This document shows, piece after piece, positions 6,971-12,315 of a stretch of 12,315 nucleotides of DNA. Every line of letters starts with the position of its first letter. Positions within the stretch are counted from its first letter, which is position 1. Source of the DNA: an uncultured bacterium (GTDB lineage Bacteria > Lernaellota > Lernaellaia > Lernaellales > Lernaellaceae); NCBI GenBank assembly GCA_964534375.1, contig CAZHPN010000176.1, positions 1 through 12,315 of the forward strand, read 5' to 3'. The position numbers and the translations under genes were made by a program. The notes beneath the pieces were generated by a model that saw nothing but the letters and a program-made list of their open reading frames with translations, ran no database searches and was not told the origin of the DNA.

Positions 6971-7050
6971 CCGATAAGCCCTATAGGTCCGATAGGTCCT
7001 ATGGGCCGTATGATTCCCATGAGTCATGATTCCCATAACTCCCATGACTC
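6971..7050. repeat. Degenerate ~9-bp tandem repeat array in an intergenic region
   Basis: Units ataagccct ataggtccg ataggtcct atgggccgt atgattccc atgagtc atgattccc ataactccc atgactc. Much less GC-rich than the flanking genes. Confidence 0.8.
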
Positions 7051-7125
7051 TTGCAACCGTTTCCGCGAACACCACGTGCGGCGACTGCCGCGCGGCGCTA
7101 TGTCGGTCAGCCGGCGCCGAACGCC

Positions 7126-8802
7126 CTATCGCTCCTCGATGATGAGCACTTGATACGAGTATCCCTGCTCTGTGAGGAAAAGTTTGCGGTGATGGGCAAA
7201 CTCCTCTTCGCGGGTGTCGCGCGAGACGAGCGTGACGAAATGCGCCGTGCGGCCGTCCGCCTTGGGCCGCAGGATGCGGCCCAGCCGCTGCGCCTCCTCC
7301 TGGCGCGAGCCGAACATGCCCGAGACCTGGATGAGCACATCGGCGTCGGGGAGGTCGATGGCGAAATTCCCCACCTTCGAGAGCACCAGCGCACGCAACT
7401 CGTTGCGGCGGAATCGCTCGTAGAGTTGCTCGCGTTCGGCCTGCTGCGTCTTGCCCGTCACGAGGGGCGCGCCGATCTCCTTCGCGATCGCCTCGACCTG
7501 GGCGAGGTATTCGCCGATGACGAGCACGCGGCGGTCGCCGTAACCCGCAAGCAGTTCCCGCAGCCGAACCAGCTTGGCCGGGTTCTCGGCGGCGATGCGG
7601 AACTGCGCCCGCCGGTCCGCCAGCGCGTAGTCCATCCGCCGGGCGGCGCTCATCGGCACGCGTTCCTCGAGGCACGCGGCGCTGGCGATCCAAGCCTGCC
7701 GTTCGAGATCCTTCCACGGCACGTCGAAGCGTTTGGGCCCGATCAGCGCGAACACGTCGCCCTCGCGGCCGTCTTCCCGCACGAGCGTCGCGGTTAGCCC
7801 GAGCCGCCGGCGCGCCTGCAGGTCGGCCGTCGCGCGAAAAACGGGCGCCGGCAGCAGGTGCACTTCGTCATATATGATAAGCCCCCAGGCGCGGGCGCGG
7901 AACAACTCGAGGTGGGGGAAATCGCTCTCGCGGTCCGCCCGCCACGTGAGGATCTGGTAAGTCGTCAAGGTCACCGGCCCGGTGTGCTTTTGCTCGCCGG
8001 TGTACTCGGCGATGTCCTCCGGCCGCAGGGACGTCTTGTCGAGCAGTTCGCGCCGCCATTGTTTGACCGAGGTCAGGCTCGTCGTGAGGACCAGCGCCGT
8101 TTGCCCGACCATCTGCATCGCCGCCATCCCGACGATGGTCTTCCCGGCGCCGCAGGGCAGCACGATCACCCCGCTGCCGCCGCGCTCCGACCCGGCCAGG
8201 TAGAACGACTCCGCCGCCAGCCGCTGATATTCGCGCACCGTGAACGCCGCGCCGGACGCGGCGCGCTCGCGCAGCGCGATCGCCAGCGCCTCGCCGGCCG
8301 CGTAGCCGGCGCGGTCGTCGGCCGGGAACCCGGCGGTCACCAGCGCCTGCTTGAGCACGCCTCGTTGGCCGGGGTCGACGCGGAAATCCGTGCCGTCGAT
8401 GCGGTCGGCGAGATAGGGGCCGGCCTCGCGGTCGCGCGACAACCGTTCGGCGGTCGCCTCGTCGAGACAGGCGCAACGCAGCCACGGGCCGTCGCGGGTG
8501 ATGATCACGCGGCCGTAGCGCGACGCGAGATCGACGATCTCCTGCTCGACGCTCGGCGGCACCGCGTACCGGGCGTGCTCGCGCAGGGCGGCCACCATCG
8601 CTGCGGCCGGCAGGCCCGCGGCGCGGGCGTTCCAGATCGACAGCGGCGTGAGGCGGTAGGTGTGAACGTGCTCCGGGCTCTTCACGAGTTCGGCGAACGG
8701 CGCGAGCGCCGCCCGCGCCTCTTCGGCCCGCGGCGCGTGGACCTCCAACAGGACGCTGGCGTCGCCCTGCACGATCAGCGCGTTGTCCGGCGAAAGCGTC
8801 AC
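7126..8802 (-). CDS. xpb: XPB/Rad25/ERCC3-like SF2 DNA helicase
   Basis: 558 aa from GTG 8802 with SD GAGG, 4 nt after the upstream stop. The ORF-track extension to 9126 overlaps the upstream gene. Bacterial XPB N-terminus (LIVQGDASVLLEV...KSPEHVHTYRLTPLSIWNA), Walker A LPCGAGKT, DEVH, motif III plus the XPB RED motif (LTATLVREDG), motif VI QEEAQRLGRILR. Confidence 0.95.
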   Translation of the reverse strand: MTLSPDNALIVQGDASVLLEVHAPRAEEARAALAPFAELVKSPEHVHTYRLTPLSIWNARAAGLPAAAMVAALREHARYAVPPSVEQEIVDLASRYGRVIITRDGPWLRCACLDEATAERLSRDREAGPYLADRIDGTDFRVDPGQRGVLKQALVTAGFPADDRAGYAAGEALAIALRERAASGAAFTVREYQRLAAESFYLAGSERGGSGVIVLPCGAGKTIVGMAAMQMVGQTALVLTTSLTSVKQWRRELLDKTSLRPEDIAEYTGEQKHTGPVTLTTYQILTWRADRESDFPHLELFRARAWGLIIYDEVHLLPAPVFRATADLQARRRLGLTATLVREDGREGDVFALIGPKRFDVPWKDLERQAWIASAACLEERVPMSAARRMDYALADRRAQFRIAAENPAKLVRLRELLAGYGDRRVLVIGEYLAQVEAIAKEIGAPLVTGKTQQAEREQLYERFRRNELRALVLSKVGNFAIDLPDADVLIQVSGMFGSRQEEAQRLGRILRPKADGRTAHFVTLVSRDTREEEFAHHRKLFLTEQGYSYQVLIIEER

Positions 8803-8806
8803 GCGA

Positions 8807-10735
8807 TCAGACCTCGGCCGCCGGCGGGGTCGGATCGCTCGGCGCGGCCGGATCGCTCGGCGGCGTCGCGCCCGTCTTCTTCGCCGGGCGCGCCTCGCCC
8901 ATCGCCACGAGGTAGCCGACGTCGCGCAGATTGCGCTTGAACGCCGCCACCGACGACTCCGGCACGACCAGGCAGCGTTCCCCGGCGCGCAGACAGTGCT
9001 TGCGCGTGCGCGAGTCGTTGGCGATGAGCGCGGCGAGCGCCGGCTCGGCGCATTCGATGAGTCGGGCGGCGCCGCGGTCGAGCACCTGCGCGCTGCGCGC
9101 GGAAATATCCGCCAGCAAGCGGGCAACCGTATCGGGAATCGCGCCGCCGCTGCGCGCTGTCAGAAACTCGCCAATCTCGGCGGCGGTCCGGCCTGCTTCG
9201 AACGCGGTGAGGAGCTTGCCGGCGTCGAGGCGCCAGACCAGGTCGGAGACCTTGACGGCGTAGGCGTCCAACGCCAGTCGATCGGCCTGCTCGAACGCGG
9301 CGCCGATGGCTGCGATTTCCAGATTGGGCAGCACGCGCAGCACGGGCTTCGCCTCGAGGGGCGCGGGCTGGTAGGCCGCCGCGGCCCCCAGGCAATACGC
9401 CCCCAAGGGCGTGACGCGGAAGTACATCAGTCCGTCGTAGCGGCTGAAGTACGCCATGCCGTCGGCGCCCCACAAATCGTAGTAATCGCCGCGGGCGCCG
9501 GCCGGCGGAATGAGGGCGACATCGATCAGGCCGAGGGTGGCCGCGTACTCCAGCAGGAAGCAAAAAAGATAGCGCTCCTCTATGATATTCTCGCCGCCTT
9601 CGTAGCCAAGCGCGCCGTACTGCGAGTCGGCGACATAGAGCGCCCAGGAGTCGCGCGTGACCAGGAGGTCGTCGCCCGACGCGCGCAAAAATCGGACAAA
9701 CTCGTCGGTCAGGATCCAGACGCCGGCTGGACATTCGCCGAGGCCGGCGGCGATGGCGTCCCTTCGCCACCGCGGATCCGTGAGCCCGCGCTTGCCTTTG
9801 CCGGTTTGCCCTTTGACGCAGTCGATGCGCGAAAGCTCGTCGATGACGCCGGTGTTCATCCACTTCGCCCAGAGGGTCCGAATCGTCTCGGCGGCCGGTT
9901 CGGCCAACGCCTGTCGGCCCGCTTTGGTAAGCTGCAGTTTTGCGCCCGCGCGCTGGGCCAGCCCGCCGCCCTGGATGAGCATGGGCCAGGCGAAGGCGCG
10001 AATCGGTCCCGCGTTCTCGTCTTCCCACTTGTTCCGGACCGGCAGCCGGGGGTAAAAGTCGCCGCCTTCGAGGATATCCGTAATGGCGTTGATCGCTGCG
10101 GACGACGGGCGCTGCGTCTTGTCGCCGACGGCGATCTTGCCGGCGTCGACCAACCGCAGCACCGAGAACAGTTCGCGCTGGGCGGTCCGCTCGGTCTCGT
10201 GGACCGCGAACGGCGTCGTTTCGACGCCTTCCTCCTGCTTATTCGTCCGAGCATTCCACTCGGAATACGCGACCTCGTAGCCTGCCGGGAGTTCGGCGAC
10301 GGTTTCGATTTTCGTCGCGATCGGCGGCGGCACGAACGCTTTGAGCCGCGCCTTGAGATCGTCGGGCATTACGCTGGCGCCATAGAAAAAAAAGCGCAGC
10401 GGCGACGGGACCGCATGTCTATCGTACGGGTCGATGACGCCCCACTCCGGATTTTCCCCATATTTGGCCCGAAACCGCTCGGCGTAGAACTGCGTCGAGT
10501 CCGCATGCACGACCTCGGCCACCGCGGCCCGTTGCAGATCGTCGAGACTGTCCCAGGCGGCGCGCAGATTTTCCCCGTCCATTTGCCGCAGGATCAGGGC
10601 GACGAGCTCGGCCTTTCGCGTCGGCAGCCGCTCGTTGGTCAGTGCGCCCAGCCTCTTGAGATGGTCGTTGGTCATGTATTCGTTGAGCGCAAATTCGAGC
10701 GTGGGGATCGGCTCGCCGTCATAGTATCGCGTCAT
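8807..10735 (-). CDS. Helicase-associated domain protein (Helicase_C_3-like, XPB partner)
   Basis: 642 aa from ATG 10735 with SD GGAG. C-terminal part FRVTPLGAYCLG...LRVLPNLEI...VWRLDAGKLLTAFEAGRTAAEIGEFL...IPDTVARLLAD matches the Helicase_C_3-type region of proteins typically encoded directly upstream of bacterial xpb. No Walker motifs. Confidence 0.85.
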   Translation of the reverse strand: MTRYYDGEPIPTLEFALNEYMTNDHLKRLGALTNERLPTRKAELVALILRQMDGENLRAAWDSLDDLQRAAVAEVVHADSTQFYAERFRAKYGENPEWGVIDPYDRHAVPSPLRFFFYGASVMPDDLKARLKAFVPPPIATKIETVAELPAGYEVAYSEWNARTNKQEEGVETTPFAVHETERTAQRELFSVLRLVDAGKIAVGDKTQRPSSAAINAITDILEGGDFYPRLPVRNKWEDENAGPIRAFAWPMLIQGGGLAQRAGAKLQLTKAGRQALAEPAAETIRTLWAKWMNTGVIDELSRIDCVKGQTGKGKRGLTDPRWRRDAIAAGLGECPAGVWILTDEFVRFLRASGDDLLVTRDSWALYVADSQYGALGYEGGENIIEERYLFCFLLEYAATLGLIDVALIPPAGARGDYYDLWGADGMAYFSRYDGLMYFRVTPLGAYCLGAAAAYQPAPLEAKPVLRVLPNLEIAAIGAAFEQADRLALDAYAVKVSDLVWRLDAGKLLTAFEAGRTAAEIGEFLTARSGGAIPDTVARLLADISARSAQVLDRGAARLIECAEPALAALIANDSRTRKHCLRAGERCLVVPESSVAAFKRNLRDVGYLVAMGEARPAKKTGATPPSDPAAPSDPTPPAAEV

Positions 10736-10827
10736 ATTGTCTCCGCGGCCCGGTGCGCCTTCGCCGCCCGGCGGGCTTCCTTTTTTTGTTGCATCTTCGG
10801 ATTCGGCTTCTTCACCGGCTTCGCCAT
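10732..10827 (-). CDS. Putative 31-aa Lys/Arg-rich micro-protein MAKPVKKPNPKMQQKKEARRAAKAHRAAETI
   Basis: Starts 5 nt after the stop of the 10833-12179 gene. Its TGA overlaps the next ATG (ATGA, 10735-10732), so it fills the intergenic gap exactly. SD is weak (AAGAG). Confidence 0.45.
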   Translation of the reverse strand: MAKPVKKPNPKMQQKKEARRAAKAHRAAETI

Positions 10828-10832
10828 CGCTG

Positions 10833-12179
10833 TCACTCTTGCCGTTGGCGATCGCCCCAGCGCGCCTTGGCGCGTTCGAGGAACGACGGCTCATCGCTCG
10901 GGCCGACGCCGGCCGCCAGGCGTTCGAAGCCCGGCATGAACCCACTCTTGCGACCGTGGTCGGCGCGCACCTGGTTCACGGTCGTCTCCCATTCGGCGCC
11001 GAGCCCGGCGCGCTCATAGCAGCGCTTGGCGCTCTCGAAATTCGCCAGCGCGGCATTGTAGTATTTGCTCTTGCCGGCGTTGACGATCCGCAGCCCCTGC
11101 GCCCGCCACAGTCGGGCGGCGAGATCGGGGTGGTCTTTCTCGAGCTTCCTGGCGACAGGCTCCGTCACCGAATGGCTCAAGCGCACCAGCGCCCGATCTT
11201 CCGCCTGACGCACGACATCGGCGAGTCGCGCCAGTTCGTTGGTCTCCCGCAGCAGATCCAGGAGCGAGTGGAGATCGGCGCCCATGGCCGCCTCGATGGC
11301 TCGTTCGTGCCACTTGGCCCGCTCGCCTTTGGGCACGTACCGCATGAGGTCGTCGTACGCGTACTTGCTCGGATCCTTGCAATAACCGGCCCACACATCG
11401 GCGAGCGCCTCGTCGCGGCGTCCGAGTTTGGTCAGCAACTCGCGCCTGAGATTGACCAGGTCGTAACGAACCAGCGATTCCTTGTCGAGGTCGATCCCAC
11501 GTTCCGCCCAGCCCAAAGCCTCTGGCAGTTTGCGTCGCGCGACGAGCAGCTTGGCAATGTCGTGGCAATCGCGGGCGGTGATCCCGATTTCCTCGGCGAG
11601 GGACACCAAGGCGCCGAGTTTTCTGTGCGCGACATAGAGCGCGCGCAGGCGTTCGCCCCAGGCGCGGCGCATGTGCTCCGGACGGTGTTTGAGCCCGCCC
11701 TCCGCCTCGGTTGGCGCGTTCGCCGCGTCATCGAATCGCGCGCGAACCTGTCTCACCAATGCGGCGTAGCCGGCTTTGCCGAGGACTTTGGCGGCGTGCC
11801 TTTCGAGATCGTAGCAGAATCCGAATGGGTTATGCTCCAACCAACGGAGCAAGGCCGATGCGGTTTCGTCCGGGTCAGCGCCGGCTGCCTGGCGGGCCGT
11901 GATCCAGCCGTCATACAGGTCGCTCATGAATTCCGTGAAAAGGTCGCTCGATTCGCCGAGTTCGTCGATCTTCTCGTAGCAGCCGGCGAAAAACGTCTCA
12001 TACAACGCGACAGCGCGGCTCGGCTCGGGGTCGGCAAGCCCGGCGATTTTGGCCGCAACGGCCTCCAAGCCGCTCATGAACCACTCATACTCGCCGTAGC
12101 CGATAAAGGCGCCGGGGCATAGCGCCATCTCGATATCGCGCTCTAGCGGATCGGCTTTCGTGCGTGACGTGCGGGTCAT
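10833..12179 (-). CDS. Conserved-type hypothetical alpha-helical protein (DUF6880-like; resembles the C-terminal region of bacterial SWIM zinc-finger proteins)
   Basis: 448 aa with SD AAGGAAG. TPR-like helical pattern (EALGWAERGI, LLTKLGRRDEAL) and C-terminal signature A.KLE..HP..A..LWR....RIVNAGKSKYY..A...HGRKSGF. No SWIM CxC...CxH motif seen. Confidence 0.75.
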   Translation of the reverse strand: MTRTSRTKADPLERDIEMALCPGAFIGYGEYEWFMSGLEAVAAKIAGLADPEPSRAVALYETFFAGCYEKIDELGESSDLFTEFMSDLYDGWITARQAAGADPDETASALLRWLEHNPFGFCYDLERHAAKVLGKAGYAALVRQVRARFDDAANAPTEAEGGLKHRPEHMRRAWGERLRALYVAHRKLGALVSLAEEIGITARDCHDIAKLLVARRKLPEALGWAERGIDLDKESLVRYDLVNLRRELLTKLGRRDEALADVWAGYCKDPSKYAYDDLMRYVPKGERAKWHERAIEAAMGADLHSLLDLLRETNELARLADVVRQAEDRALVRLSHSVTEPVARKLEKDHPDLAARLWRAQGLRIVNAGKSKYYNAALANFESAKRCYERAGLGAEWETTVNQVRADHGRKSGFMPGFERLAAGVGPSDEPSFLERAKARWGDRQRQE

Positions 12180-12212
12180 CGGTCGTCTTCCTTCTTGGCT
12201 GACGGCGGGTCA

Positions 12213-12242
12213 GATATACGTGAACAAAACGCCATTCGTCAA
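12213..12242 (-). promoter_or_regulatory. Possible sigma70 promoter of the XPB operon
   Basis: Minus strand TTGACG (12242-12237), 18 nt, TATATC (12218-12213), 33 nt upstream of ATG 12179. Confidence 0.4.
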
Positions 12243-12315
12243 CCACGCTCCGGGAGACTGGGACCTATAGAGACTGTCGATTTTCCCGGTGACGGCGAGT
12301 CGGTCGGGGCCGACG

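Noticed and set aside
6961..7050. CRISPR array interpretation of the short repeats (also 3382-3408)
   Set aside because: Units are 7-10 bp, contiguous and without unique spacers. No cas genes in the window.
8831..8862. 14-bp direct repeat CGGATCGCTCGGCG with 18-bp period
   Set aside because: Simply encodes the PSDP-AA-PSDP disordered C-terminal tail of the helicase-associated protein.
8803..9126. N-terminal extension of the XPB ORF to 9126 (and of the partner ORF to 10945)
   Set aside because: Both extensions overlap the upstream genes and are low-complexity. SD-supported starts at 8802 and 10735 fit better.
8783..12122. Long plus-strand ORFs 8783-10939 and 10737-12122
   Set aside because: Antisense shadows of the minus-strand operon with no recognisable motifs.
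12205..12230. Possible LexA/SOS operator over the XPB operon promoter (GTTCACGTATATCTGAC on the minus strand)
   Set aside because: The dyad is weak and does not match the LexA boxes I know for E. coli, Firmicutes, alphaproteobacteria or Myxococcus.
12268..12315. Possible insertion-sequence end (TAGAGACTGTCGATTTT...)
   Set aside because: Only a vague resemblance to IS termini. No partner repeat or transposase is visible before the window ends.

Overview
GC-rich bacterial window with eight conventional protein genes and several small elements the ORF track misses. Left to right: (1) a minus-strand probable lipoprotein that runs off the left edge, with a His4 tract, Asp-rich repeats and a 10-Cys module; (2) a divergent LTA synthase/sulfatase-family membrane enzyme behind a near-consensus sigma70 promoter; (3) a probable frameshifted relic of a GT-C-type membrane glycosyltransferase next to a small inverted-repeat element; (4) a stand-alone type-2 tryptophan synthase beta gene (trpB2) preceded by an apparently complete Trp attenuator (promoter, 27-aa leader peptide with three Trp, antiterminator, terminator); (5) a 101-aa hypothetical protein; (6) a second Asp-linker lipoprotein with seven VWG repeats (predicted 7-blade propeller); (7) a short degenerate ~9-bp repeat array; (8) a tightly packed minus-strand operon encoding a DUF6880-like helical protein, a hidden 31-codon basic ORF with an in-frame A_AAA_AAG slippery site, a helicase-associated protein and an XPB/Rad25-type helicase. 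The strongest candidates for new biology are the attenuator on a lone trpB2 and the XPB operon with its coupled micro-ORF. All family calls come from motif recognition by eye; no database searches were run.
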